Shown here: one piece after another, positions 19,101-28,882 of the stretch | Position numbering within the stretch: the first letter of the stretch is position 1 | Layout: each line of letters begins with the position of its first letter | Origin: Armatimonadota bacterium | Lineage (GTDB): Bacteria; Armatimonadota; Zipacnadia; Zipacnadales; UBA5352 | Assembly: GCA_034722055.1 (NCBI GenBank) | Contig: JAYENL010000242.1 | Coordinates: forward strand, 1 to 64,000 | Direction of reading: 5' to 3' | DNA: 64,000 nt | Made by a program: the position numbers and the translations under genes | The notes under the pieces: model-generated | The model's database searches: none | What the model saw: only the letters and a program-made list of their open reading frames with translations | Told to the model about the DNA's origin: nothing

Positions 19101-19813
19101 GCCGAATGCATCGGCCGGCCCTCGTTGCGCTGGCACTGATGGCTGCCGCCGCAGGCTCCGCCCAGCAGAACCTGGTGGCCAATCCCGGCGTGGAGGTGGA
19201 CGCCGACGGTGACGGCATGCCGGACGGCTGGTCGCTGGCCAGCCCCGCCGACTACCCGGCCGACTGGCACGTCGGCGGTGGGGAGGCCCAGGTGGGCCTC
19301 TCCGAGATCGCCCACAGCGGCGAGCGCTCCATCGTGTACTCCACCCCCACGCCCACCTTCCCGGCCATCGGCAGGGATCGCTGGTGGGACTTCGGCGCAT
19401 GGGATGACCGGCGGGCGGTGGGCGCCGGGCACTGGGCGGTGGCCTTCCGCACCGAGGACTTCCCGGTGAAGGAGTATCACCTCTATCGGGTGCGCTGCTG
19501 GGTCAGGGCCCGGGATATCCTGCGACTGCACATCAAGTTCATCGCCACCTACGTCTATCCCCACCAGGAGGAGCCCGTCGAGCGGTGGATCCATCCCCTC
19601 CTGCACAACCCGGAGCACGAGACACACGCTACCGGCTCCTTCGGGTGGCAGCGATGGGAGGGGCTGGTGGCCGTCCCGGAGTTCGTGGAGCAGGGGCGCA
19701 TCGAGTTCTGGATCCGCGAGTGGGCGGCTCCCACGGCCCTGTGGTGTGACGACATGTCAGTGAAGGAGATCCGGCCCTTCCCCTACTTCAAGAGGAGGCG
19801 CGATGAGTTGTGA
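19097..19813 (+). CDS. Secreted hypothetical protein, CBM4/9-like
   Basis: Signal peptide; NLVANPGVE, DADGDGMPDGW, AHSGERS, WCDDMSVKE. Confidence 0.65.
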   Translation: MSRMHRPALVALALMAAAAGSAQQNLVANPGVEVDADGDGMPDGWSLASPADYPADWHVGGGEAQVGLSEIAHSGERSIVYSTPTPTFPAIGRDRWWDFGAWDDRRAVGAGHWAVAFRTEDFPVKEYHLYRVRCWVRARDILRLHIKFIATYVYPHQEEPVERWIHPLLHNPEHETHATGSFGWQRWEGLVAVPEFVEQGRIEFWIREWAAPTALWCDDMSVKEIRPFPYFKRRRDEL

Positions 19814-21738
19814 GGACGCTCGTGGCAGCGGCACTGCTCACGGCGGCGGCCCTCGCGCCGGCCCTCGGGGAGACCACGGTCACGGAGGCCGGTCGCGGGC
19901 TCGACGTCGCGTTCGGCAATGGCGTGGCCCTTCGCCTTGAGGCGGACGGCGGCCGGCTGATCGGACTGACGGACGTGAAGGCGGAGGGAGTCACGCTCCG
20001 ATCGCCGGAGCTGGCGGCCCATCCCGTCGTGAAGCTGCAGGACGCCGGCCCCCACACCGGCTGCGAGCTGACGGGCGTCGAGCAGGACGGCGAGGCGGTC
20101 GTGCTGCGCTGCCGGCTGCTCCGCGATGACGGCGGCCCCGACGAGCTGACGTGGCGGATCGAGCCGCGCACCGAGACCATCGGCGGCGAGCGCTGGGTGG
20201 GGCTGGCGTGGCGCTATGAGGTCATATCCCCGGACGCGCGCATCGAGCTGATCCGGGACCTGGGCTCGTGGGAGATCGGCGGCGACATCGAGGGCGCGTT
20301 CATGCAGCCCGGTCCGCTGGGGCGGATGACCGGCCCCTGGCGTTCCACTCCAACGTGGACCTTCGCCACCACCCCCTGGTTCCGCTTCCAGGCCTCGGGA
20401 CAGGGCATGCTCTACGATGTGTGGGAGAGCGTCTGCCCGGCGATCTCGTGGGTCGAGCGGCGGGCGGGCAGCCCGCTGCTGCTGACCTTCGACGACGTCC
20501 AGCAAGAGCTGCGCCGGGAGGCGACGACGCCCTTCCGCCGCGTGATGTTCCGCGCCCGCTCCGTCCCCGACGGGCTGGCGCGCGTGGATGCGTACACGCG
20601 CATCTACGACCACCTGGAGCGGCGCGTGCGCGACGAGTTCGGCATCCAGGACCCGGTCTACCGCCCCGTCTGCAAGGCACCACAGCGGCGGGACGAGAGC
20701 TTCCGCGACCGGATTCCGCCGGACCTCGAACTGGTCGAGGATCTGGGCTTCCGCGGGATGTGGATGTGCACCTTCGAGTCGCGCAACACGGCCCAGCGCA
20801 ACCGCCCCATCACCAACGCCGGCGTCTGGAGTCTGGTGCCTGCCGAGCTGCTTGGCGGGATGGAGGCGCTGGCAGAGCTGGCCGGGGCGGCGGGCGAGCG
20901 CGACATCAGCATCTACACCTGGGCGCCGGCGAACAAGATCGTGACCGACTCGCCGGTCTACCAGGAGCATCCCGACTGGCACCTTAAGCTGCCAGAGGGC
21001 CAGGAGCCGCGGCTGGGCGGCTCCACAGATCTGCACAGCGGCTACTACGACTACGCCATCGCGCACTACCGCCGGCTCCACGAGCAGACTGGCATCGACT
21101 CCGCGTGGTTCGACACCTTCAACCTGGCCGCCACCCGCGTGCAGGTGCGAGAGGACGGGACGCGCCTCTTCCAGACCCGCCGAGCCTTCGAGATGGTGGC
21201 CCACACGCAGGGGGCGGGCATCACCACCGTCCAGCTCGAGGGCGAGGGCCCGGCGGGACAGGATGCCCGGACCTCGGGCTACTACTGGAAGGGCGGGCCG
21301 GTTGACTACAACTCGGCGCCCTACATCAACATGGTACGCCCGGCCGAGATTAACTACTACTATCGCTCCATCGCCAACAGGTCCTTCCCCATGGTGCCCG
21401 TGCGCTACGTGCTGTGGACATACGAGTACAAGGCGCTCGATCAGTTCCCTCAGCTTCGCCAGCAGGTGCGGCAGGCGAACCTGGACTGGGCAGCGGTGCA
21501 GGGCCTGATGGTGCGCCGGAGGCTGATTGCCGCCGCCGATGACCCCTGGGAGGACGTGGGCGTGGAGTGGACGAAGCCCGGCGACACGGCCAGGGCCCTG
21601 TTCGCCTACGGTGAGTTCGACTACCCTCTGCCTGAGGCCGCAGAGGTCACCGACGTCACGGCCGGGCGCACCATCGAGACCGGCCAGGCGCTGCGGACGC
21701 AGTGCTGCCACACCTATCGGATCGAGCCGGCCCGCTGA
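19810..21738 (+). CDS. Secreted hypothetical protein with putative TIM-barrel glycoside-hydrolase domain
   Basis: Signal peptide; HPDW and TGIDSAWFDTF resemble clan-D/H GH cores; GTGA overlap. Confidence 0.6.
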   Translation: MRTLVAAALLTAAALAPALGETTVTEAGRGLDVAFGNGVALRLEADGGRLIGLTDVKAEGVTLRSPELAAHPVVKLQDAGPHTGCELTGVEQDGEAVVLRCRLLRDDGGPDELTWRIEPRTETIGGERWVGLAWRYEVISPDARIELIRDLGSWEIGGDIEGAFMQPGPLGRMTGPWRSTPTWTFATTPWFRFQASGQGMLYDVWESVCPAISWVERRAGSPLLLTFDDVQQELRREATTPFRRVMFRARSVPDGLARVDAYTRIYDHLERRVRDEFGIQDPVYRPVCKAPQRRDESFRDRIPPDLELVEDLGFRGMWMCTFESRNTAQRNRPITNAGVWSLVPAELLGGMEALAELAGAAGERDISIYTWAPANKIVTDSPVYQEHPDWHLKLPEGQEPRLGGSTDLHSGYYDYAIAHYRRLHEQTGIDSAWFDTFNLAATRVQVREDGTRLFQTRRAFEMVAHTQGAGITTVQLEGEGPAGQDARTSGYYWKGGPVDYNSAPYINMVRPAEINYYYRSIANRSFPMVPVRYVLWTYEYKALDQFPQLRQQVRQANLDWAAVQGLMVRRRLIAAADDPWEDVGVEWTKPGDTARALFAYGEFDYPLPEAAEVTDVTAGRTIETGQALRTQCCHTYRIEPAR

Positions 21739-21763
21739 CAGCGAGATGAGGAGAGCGGAGACG

Positions 21764-22960
21764 ATGGACCACATCAGGGTCGGAATGGTAGGCGCTGGCT
21801 TCGCCGCCGACTTCCACGCACTGGCCTTCCAGCGCGTGTCGGGCATCGATGCCCGCGTCGTCGCCGTCACCTCGCAGCAAGAGAGGAGCCGCACCCGCTT
21901 TGCCGAGAGACACGGCATCCCGGCGGTCTACCGCAACCTCTCGGAGATGCTCGACGAGGAGGAGATCGACGTCGTGGACCTGTGTGTGCCCACCTACGTG
22001 CACGCGGAGTACATCGTGCAGGCGGCGCACGCGGGCAAGGATGTCATCGTCGAGAAGCCGCTCACCGGCTACACGGGCGAGCTGGGGCAGAACGAGGACG
22101 AGCTGATCGGCGCCACGGTCTCCAGGAGCCGGATGATGGAGTGGGTCCTGGACCAGTGCCGCTACATCGAGATGGAGCTGGAGCACTCCGGCATTCGGCT
22201 GATGTACGCCGAGAACTGGGTCTACGCGCCGGCCATCCAGAAGGCCCGGCGCCTCATCGAGGGCGGCAGCGGCACCATCATGCGCATGGCGGCTGAGGAG
22301 TCCCACAGCGGCTCCCATGCCAGCTACTCCAAGTACTGGAGGCTGGCCGGCGGGGGAGCGCTGCTGCGCACCGGCTCGCATCCCGTCGGCGGGGTGCTCT
22401 ACCTCAAGCAGGTTGAGGGCATGGCCCGCGACGGCGAGCCCATCCGCCCCAAGTCCGTGGTGGCCGACGTCGCCCGCCTGATGGAGATGGAGGCCTTCAA
22501 GCAGGAGGAGCGGAGGTTCCTCACCGGTGACCTCGCCGACTGCGAGGACTGGGGGGCAGTGCTCATCACCTTTGAGGACGGGTCGGTTGCCGAGGTCACC
22601 AGCTCCGACGTGGTGCTGGGCGGCATCTACAACTACGTGAAGCTCTTCTGCTCTCAGGGGCGCATCGAGTGCAACCTTAACCCCAACGATCAGTGCGTGG
22701 TCTACGGCCCCCACAGGGAGGCCTTCGACGAGGAGTACATCGCCGAGAAGATCTCGACCCGCGCCGGCTGGAACTTCGCAGCCCCCGACGAGCACTGGGC
22801 CTCCGGCTATCCGCACGAGATGCAGAACTTCGCCGAGTGCGTGGCCCACGACGCCGAGCCGCTCTCGGGCTGGCTGCTGGCACGGGATGTCGTGGCCGTC
22901 ATCTACGCCGCCTACGTCTCGGCCCAGGAGGGCCGGCGCGTGCCGGTGCCGCTGGAGTGA
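21764..22960 (+). CDS. Gfo/Idh/MocA family oxidoreductase
   Basis: VGMVGAGFAA, VIVEKPLTG, YAENWVYAP, GGGALL. Confidence 0.9.
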   Translation: MDHIRVGMVGAGFAADFHALAFQRVSGIDARVVAVTSQQERSRTRFAERHGIPAVYRNLSEMLDEEEIDVVDLCVPTYVHAEYIVQAAHAGKDVIVEKPLTGYTGELGQNEDELIGATVSRSRMMEWVLDQCRYIEMELEHSGIRLMYAENWVYAPAIQKARRLIEGGSGTIMRMAAEESHSGSHASYSKYWRLAGGGALLRTGSHPVGGVLYLKQVEGMARDGEPIRPKSVVADVARLMEMEAFKQEERRFLTGDLADCEDWGAVLITFEDGSVAEVTSSDVVLGGIYNYVKLFCSQGRIECNLNPNDQCVVYGPHREAFDEEYIAEKISTRAGWNFAAPDEHWASGYPHEMQNFAECVAHDAEPLSGWLLARDVVAVIYAAYVSAQEGRRVPVPLE

Positions 22961-22974
22961 AGGGAGCTGCCCTG

Positions 22975-23625
22975 ATGCGCGTGATTGACGTGACGGGGCC
23001 CATCTCGACGGGCATGTGGACCTACGGTCCCCCCTACCCCGACGTGCTCGTCGAGGAGATCGAGCAGCCGGACTTCATCGAGTACCCCACCTACTCCTGG
23101 CGCTTCGAGCTCGGCGCCCAGACCGGCACCTATCTGGAGACCTCGCTGCACGTGGACCGCGACGGCCCCCAGCTCATCGAGATCCCGGTCCAGGACCTCA
23201 TCATGCGTGACGCGGCGATCCTGCGCGTGCCGGCCGAGGCTGACCACCGCATCGAGCCCGAGGAGCTGGAGGGCTGCGGGGTGGAGGTGCATGCGGGCGA
23301 CGCCGTGATCGTCGCGACGGGGTGGGAAAGCCACTGGAACCGCCCCGACTTCGTGTCAAGCTGCCCATGGTTCTCCTACGACGCCATGCGCTGGATCCTG
23401 GATCGCGACCCCTTCATCATGGCGGGAGACATGCCACGGTTCGACTCCTGGGACGACCCGCAGGGGTTCTTCGGGGAGTTCTTCGACCAGGGCGTGCTGC
23501 TGCTGGCGCCACTGGTGAATCTGGGCGAGGTGAGGGCCGACCGGGTGAAGCTGACCGCGCTGCCGCTGAAGGTCGTCGAGTCCTGCGCCGCCCCCTGCCG
23601 GGTGGTCGTCCACGAGGAGCTATGA
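22975..23625 (+). CDS. Cyclase (kynurenine formamidase-like) family protein with degenerate metal motif
   Basis: VIDVTGPI, QTGTYLETSLH, GDAVIVATGW, ALPLKV...APCRVV. Confidence 0.8.
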   Translation: MRVIDVTGPISTGMWTYGPPYPDVLVEEIEQPDFIEYPTYSWRFELGAQTGTYLETSLHVDRDGPQLIEIPVQDLIMRDAAILRVPAEADHRIEPEELEGCGVEVHAGDAVIVATGWESHWNRPDFVSSCPWFSYDAMRWILDRDPFIMAGDMPRFDSWDDPQGFFGEFFDQGVLLLAPLVNLGEVRADRVKLTALPLKVVESCAAPCRVVVHEEL

Positions 23626-23671
23626 TCCAGGCCTGAGCAGCCGGAGAGAGCGCTACCGGAGAGTGTTGTGC

Positions 23672-24196
23672 TCAGTAGCCAACAACGTGCACCGACGGGT
23701 TGCGAAGACGGTGGAAATCCGCGTCGTTTGTTATGATGCCACATCCCGCAGTCGTCGCCCACGCGAGGTGGCACAGATCGGCCGAGCATAGGCTGTAGCG
23801 ACGCATCAGTGTCGGGATCGCGTAGTAGGCGGTATCCGGGATACCGAGTGCGCGGAGCCACGGCTCGTAGAGGAAGTCCTCGGTCCTGCCGGCCACTTCG
23901 TCCTTTACCGTCCGGAAGGCGTTCTTCTTTGAGGGAGCGGACTGCCAGCTTCCACGTCCGTTGTCCCGATCGTAGATGATGCCGCCGAGCTTCCATGCCA
24001 GCTCGTCCAGGACAAGAGCAGAAACATAGCAGTTGATGGCATTGGCTTCGGCGAGCTGCTTGAGCACAAGCGCGAACCTGCTTGCCGCAGGGTGGTCGCG
24101 GTCACCGCGCCAATGGTAGGCGACGCAGAACTGCGTATCGAGATAGAGGCGCTGAGGGAGCTCTATCTCTCCCTCGTCGCTACTCGTAGCGCCCAT
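23672..24196 (-). CDS. PIN-domain (VapC-like) ribonuclease
   Basis: LYLDTQF, LVLDEL, SADLCH and TNDADF supply the four acidic residues; GAGGAG SD before ATG 24196. Confidence 0.85.
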   Translation of the reverse strand: MGATSSDEGEIELPQRLYLDTQFCVAYHWRGDRDHPAASRFALVLKQLAEANAINCYVSALVLDELAWKLGGIIYDRDNGRGSWQSAPSKKNAFRTVKDEVAGRTEDFLYEPWLRALGIPDTAYYAIPTLMRRYSLCSADLCHLAWATTAGCGIITNDADFHRLRNPSVHVVGY

Positions 24197-24551
24197 CCTC
24201 GTACTCCTCTTGGTCGCCTGCAAAGTCGGTCTGAATGCAACCCGAGTTGCCGATGTCACGCTGCTGCTTTTCCGTCGGCGTGCTTGCCCTATAGATCGCT
24301 ATGAGGCGGTCAACGTCCACAGCGATCCGGCCAGGGCCGCGTCGCCGCACAGCACTTCCAAGCGGGCTTGAGGCTGGCAGTCTGAATGGTCCCTCTCCCG
24401 TTGTGACCTGCGTGCTGATACGCACTACCGGGCTGCTGATATCGATGGCTGCCGTTGCGGTGCCGCTGTGGGGCGGGGCGGTGACACTCGGAGTGACTCG
24501 CGGCAGACTGGCGAAGGTGTCCTCCGTTTCCCACTGCGATTCCTCTATCAA
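24180..24551 (-). CDS. Hypothetical protein, candidate antitoxin
   Basis: TTG start overlapping the upstream TGA with GGAGGGG SD; 3' end overlaps the PIN start; acidic C-terminus. Confidence 0.5.
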   Translation of the reverse strand: MIEESQWETEDTFASLPRVTPSVTAPPHSGTATAAIDISSPVVRISTQVTTGEGPFRLPASSPLGSAVRRRGPGRIAVDVDRLIAIYRASTPTEKQQRDIGNSGCIQTDFAGDQEEYEDGRYE

Positions 24552-24850
24552 GGCTCATCCCCTCCCGCGGGGGAATTGCCCTCCGACAGTTCACTGAGCT
24601 TACTCAACTGCTCGCCGAGCGCCTTGTGTAGTCCCTGCATCACCGAGTGCGGCAGAGCTAGGCGGGCGACTGCGGGGGCATCGACGGTGTCCGCCATCTC
24701 GGCCCCGGACTCAGCAAAGGCGGTTGCGGGGTCAATGCGTGCAAAGGTGATCATCCCCTCATAGGGAGTAAGCTGGACCTTTGCGAAGTTCGCGTAGACA
24801 ATCGGCTGGTTCATTTCGCCAACAACCTGTATTTCTGTTACCTCCTGCAT
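24548..24850 (-). CDS. DUF3467-like protein
   Basis: VYANFAKV..TPYE..ITFARI...VARLALP...L..AL..QL pattern; GGAGA SD before ATG 24850. Confidence 0.7.
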   Translation of the reverse strand: MQEVTEIQVVGEMNQPIVYANFAKVQLTPYEGMITFARIDPATAFAESGAEMADTVDAPAVARLALPHSVMQGLHKALGEQLSKLSELSEGNSPAGGDEP

Positions 24851-25022
24851 AGCACAGTCTCCATTCTTCATGTCTCATCACCACGGCTCCGGCTGCTACT
24901 TTCATGGTCCCGAGTGTTCGGCCTCCGGTCCATCGACTTCAGTGCCGCCATCTACCGATCTGTTCGCTGCTACTGCCTCAGTGTCCTGCCCCAGCGCGCT
25001 GTACCTGCCGTCTGGTCAGTCC

Positions 25023-25841
25023 CTATCGCTTCCCCTGACAGGTCGGGCAGAAGTAGCCAGTGCGGCCAGAGACCTTGATCTCCTCCACCTCACCGCCGCA
25101 GCCGGGGCACTCCTCGCCACCTCTGCCGTGCACTGCGAAGTCCTCCTGCGCGGTGCCCTCATTCCCGTAGAGGTCCACGAAGCCCTCGCCACCGGCCTGG
25201 ATCGCGGCCTCGAAGACATCGCGGATGGCGTGGTAAATGGTGTCGAAGTCCTCGTCGGCCAGCTCACTGGTGGCTGTCTTCGGATGCAGGCGGGCCGCGA
25301 AGAGAATCTCGTCGGAGTATGCGTTGCCGATCCCGGATATGACCTCCTGGTCCATCAGCCGCGGCTTGATCCCCGCACGGCTGCCACCGATGACATCCAT
25401 GAGCTGCTGGCCGGAGTCGATGTCATCCCACGCGTCAGGCCCGAGCTGCCCCAGCGGTCCGTTGGGCTGGTGCACGAAGCTGCTATCGTAGACCTTGATG
25501 CTGCCAAGCTGCCAGCGCTGCGCGTGCATGAACTGGCCGTCCTCGAAGCGGAAGACGAAGGGCGTGTGCTGGGGATCGTGCTCCCCGGTGTCGCTAAGGA
25601 CGAGGCTGCCGCCCATGGCGAAGTGCACCAGTAGCGACTCCTGCCCATCCAGGTGCAACGCGAGATACTTGCCCTTGCGCTCCACGCCCTCGATGCCGCG
25701 CCCCTCGACCCGCTCAGCGTACTCGGGCCGCGAGACGTTGATGGCCTTGGGCTGGTTGACGATCACCTCAGCGATCGTGCGCCCGGGGAGCTCCTTGCTC
25801 GCCTGACGCCTCAGAACCTCAAGCTCCGGAAGCTCCGGCAT
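25023..25841 (-). CDS. mutM: Fpg/Nei family DNA glycosylase/AP lyase
   Basis: MPELPE, RKGKYL, LMDQEVISGIGNAYSDEILF, C-terminal CPGC...CPTCQ zinc finger. Confidence 0.9.
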   Translation of the reverse strand: MPELPELEVLRRQASKELPGRTIAEVIVNQPKAINVSRPEYAERVEGRGIEGVERKGKYLALHLDGQESLLVHFAMGGSLVLSDTGEHDPQHTPFVFRFEDGQFMHAQRWQLGSIKVYDSSFVHQPNGPLGQLGPDAWDDIDSGQQLMDVIGGSRAGIKPRLMDQEVISGIGNAYSDEILFAARLHPKTATSELADEDFDTIYHAIRDVFEAAIQAGGEGFVDLYGNEGTAQEDFAVHGRGGEECPGCGGEVEEIKVSGRTGYFCPTCQGKR

Positions 25842-25883
25842 GTCTGTACCCTCCTTGCGCCATCTCAGTCGAGTGCATTGCCG

Positions 25884-27269
25884 TCAGAGGCCGAGCACGC
25901 GCAGCAGGCCGGTGGCGATGCCGAAGTAGATCAGCAGGGACAAGGCATCGTTCATTGTGGTGACAAACGGCCCCGATGCCAGGGCCTCATCCATCCCGAT
26001 GCGCCGGAACACCACCGGGATCAGACCGCCCACCAGGGTGCCGCTGAGGATGGCACAGAACATGCCGGCGCCGACGATGAGACCGTATCCGGCCTGGCCG
26101 AGCAGCAGAGCACCCGCCCCGTAGGCGATCATACCGCAGATGAGGGCGACGAGTAGAGCAACGGGGATCTGTCGGATGAGGAGACCGCCAAGACTCCTGT
26201 CGTCAATCAGTCCGAGGGCCATCGAGCGCACTGCCACCATGGACGACTGCAGCCCCGAGTTGCCGCTCATGGCGGTGATGACCGGGATGAATGCAGCCAG
26301 CATGACGGCCTGCTCAAGTGTGCCCTCGAACAGGCGGATGACCGCCGCCGAAAGGAGGCTCACGCCAAGGGCAACCAGCAGCCACGGGACGCGGCTGCGC
26401 GCGGCCCGCCACGGCGATCTGCTCAGCAGATCGTCGGGCGTGGCGCCAGCGACGGACGCCATATCCTCAGTCACCTCCTGCTGCAGGGCGTCGATGACGT
26501 CGTCCACGCTGACGGCGCCAAGGAGCCGGTCGGCCTCGTCCACGACCGGGATGGCGATGAGGTCGTACTTGTCAACCAGCCTGACGACCTCCTCCTGGTC
26601 GGCGTCATGGTGGACGCGCACCGGCTCGGGGTTCATGATCTTCGACAGCGGCTGATCGTCGCGAGCGTTGATGATGGAGACCAGATCCGCCGCTCCCAGC
26701 AGGCGGCGATGGTCATCCACCACGTAGACCCGGAGGGCCTCCTCGGGCGTGACGTTGGTGCGCCTGATATGCTGGAGGAGGCCCTGAGCGGTGATGTCCG
26801 GTGGAGAGACCATGACCTCCGTGGTCATGAGCCCGCCGGCGCTCTCGTGTCCGTAGTCCAGCAGCGCCGCCAGCTCTTTGGCCTCGTCGGGTGGGATGCG
26901 GTTGAGGATGCGATGCTTGACATCCTCGGGGAGCACGCCCATGGCATCAGCCCCCGAGTCCGGGGGCATGGCGTCGATGATCTCCGCCAGCTCGGACTCA
27001 TCGGTGGACACCGCGAGGTCGGCGGTGATCTCGTCATCCACCTCCTCGAGCACCACGCCCGACGCCTCCGAGTCCAGCAGCTCGAAGACCTGGGCCCGCT
27101 CGTCGGAGCTCAGCTCCCCCATCGCGAAGGCGATATCGATGGGATGGTAGCCGCTGATGAGACCCTTGAGGGCGCCAGGCACCTCCGAGCGGGCGGCCGC
27201 GCGCATGGCGTCGGCCACGTCAGATGCCCGTTCGCTGCCTCGCCGTTTCCCCCGCACGCCCTCGGTCAC
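25884..27269 (-). CDS. mgtE: Magnesium transporter MgtE
   Basis: SAGGLMT, CBS pair, MSGNSGLQ, ASGPFVTTMND. Confidence 0.93.
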   Translation of the reverse strand: MTEGVRGKRRGSERASDVADAMRAAARSEVPGALKGLISGYHPIDIAFAMGELSSDERAQVFELLDSEASGVVLEEVDDEITADLAVSTDESELAEIIDAMPPDSGADAMGVLPEDVKHRILNRIPPDEAKELAALLDYGHESAGGLMTTEVMVSPPDITAQGLLQHIRRTNVTPEEALRVYVVDDHRRLLGAADLVSIINARDDQPLSKIMNPEPVRVHHDADQEEVVRLVDKYDLIAIPVVDEADRLLGAVSVDDVIDALQQEVTEDMASVAGATPDDLLSRSPWRAARSRVPWLLVALGVSLLSAAVIRLFEGTLEQAVMLAAFIPVITAMSGNSGLQSSMVAVRSMALGLIDDRSLGGLLIRQIPVALLVALICGMIAYGAGALLLGQAGYGLIVGAGMFCAILSGTLVGGLIPVVFRRIGMDEALASGPFVTTMNDALSLLIYFGIATGLLRVLGL

Positions 27270-27288
27270 GATCTCACTCCCGCGCGCG

Positions 27289-28842
27289 TCAGCGCTTCTC
27301 GGCCTCCTCGGCCACCTTGTGCATCAAATCCTTCAGCCGCGGATACGTCTCCACGTAGCGCTCGAACAGGGTGTCGTAGGTGTCCGCCCACAGGTCATTG
27401 GGCTCGATCTCGCGGGTAATGGTAACCATCTGCTCAGAGGCCTGCACCAGGTCGTCGAACAGCCCGGCCCCCACCGCAGCGCATACGCCGGTCCCCAGCG
27501 CCGTGGCCTCCGGCTGCTCGGTGAGGTAGATGGGCACCTGGCAAACGTCGGCGTGGACCTGCAGCCAGAGCTGGCTGCGCGTGCCGCCGCCGCAGGCGTA
27601 GATGCCCTCCGCCTCGTAGCCGGCCCCGGCCAGGTCCTCCAGGATGTGCCGGGTGCCCATGGCCGTGCCCTCGTAGATGGCCCGCATGATGTGCCCCACG
27701 CCGTGGCGGAGGCTCAGCCCGTAGATGCACCCGCGGGCCAGCGGATCGCGCAGCGGCGTGCGATTCCCCTGCCAGTAGTCCAGCAGCACCAGGCCCTCCG
27801 AGCCCGGCTCCACCTCCGCGGCCAGCTCGTCGAGCACGTCGTACTGGCTGCGCCCGCGCTTCTCTGCATCGAGCTGCTCGCGGCAGGCGAAGTTGCCGGC
27901 GAACCACTTCACGATGCTGCCCGTTGCCGTCTGCCCGCCCTCCAGGACCCAGGTGCCCTCGATGAGCGCGTCCGGGAAGGGCCCCCAGACGCTGCTGCCG
28001 AAGCGCGCCTCCCGGCACAGCGCCATGTGGCAGGTGGAGGAGCCCATGACCAGAGCCATCCGGCCGGGCTCCACCACGTCCAGGCCCAGCATGGCGGCGT
28101 AGGCGTCGATCCCGCCCTGGGCCACGGGGGTGCCGGGCACCAGGCCGATCTCCTCGGCCGCCCGCATGGTGATCTCCCCAGCCCTCTGTCCCATGGGCAG
28201 GACCTCCGACGGCCACTTCTCCCGCAACTCCGTCATCTCCACGGCCTGCAGCAGCTCGTCCGGCCAGCCGCCCTCCGGGGTGGCGTAGTTCCACTTGCAG
28301 GTGGCGCAGTTGAGCGAGGCGGTCCACTCCCCGCACAGGTTGTGCATCAGCCAGTCCGTGCCCTCACAGATGACCACCGCCTGCTCGTAGACCTCCGGCT
28401 CGTTGCGCTTCAGCCACATGGCCTTGGGGATCATCCACTCCGGGGACTCCGGGCCTCCAGCGTACTTCAGCACCGGGGCCTCGGTGGCGGTGACCTCCGC
28501 GGCCTCCTCGTGGGCCCGCTGGTCCATCCACAGGATCGCCGGCCGCAGGGCCACGCCGTCCTCATCGCACGCCACGACGGTGCAGGCGGTGCCGTCAACG
28601 CTCACACCCTTGACCTGCTTTGGGCTCACGCCCGCCATCTTGAGCACATCCGGCACCGTCACCCGCACCGCCTGCCACCAGTGGTGCGGCTTCTGCTCCG
28701 CCCACCCCACCTCCGGGTAATCGATCGGGAAGGGATGGGTGTCGGAGGCGAGCATGTTGCCTCTGAGGTCGAACAGCGCGGCACGCAGACTCTGGGTGCC
28801 GCAGTCGATGCCCAGCACGTAGGGTCCGCCCTTGCTGGTCAT
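27289..28842 (-). CDS. FGGY-family carbohydrate kinase (ribulokinase-like)
   Basis: LGIDCGTQS, ILWMDQRA, GGIDAY, DYWQGNRTP, CGGGTRS. Confidence 0.9.
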   Translation of the reverse strand: MTSKGGPYVLGIDCGTQSLRAALFDLRGNMLASDTHPFPIDYPEVGWAEQKPHHWWQAVRVTVPDVLKMAGVSPKQVKGVSVDGTACTVVACDEDGVALRPAILWMDQRAHEEAAEVTATEAPVLKYAGGPESPEWMIPKAMWLKRNEPEVYEQAVVICEGTDWLMHNLCGEWTASLNCATCKWNYATPEGGWPDELLQAVEMTELREKWPSEVLPMGQRAGEITMRAAEEIGLVPGTPVAQGGIDAYAAMLGLDVVEPGRMALVMGSSTCHMALCREARFGSSVWGPFPDALIEGTWVLEGGQTATGSIVKWFAGNFACREQLDAEKRGRSQYDVLDELAAEVEPGSEGLVLLDYWQGNRTPLRDPLARGCIYGLSLRHGVGHIMRAIYEGTAMGTRHILEDLAGAGYEAEGIYACGGGTRSQLWLQVHADVCQVPIYLTEQPEATALGTGVCAAVGAGLFDDLVQASEQMVTITREIEPNDLWADTYDTLFERYVETYPRLKDLMHKVAEEAEKR

Positions 28843-28882
28843 GATGCCACCTCACATCGGCAGTCAGTTCTCGGACGCTCGT

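Noticed and set aside
24868..24951. 27-aa minus-strand ORF (MAALKSMDRR...) upstream of the DUF3467-like gene
   Set aside because: It has no convincing SD or protein features and cannot be supported.
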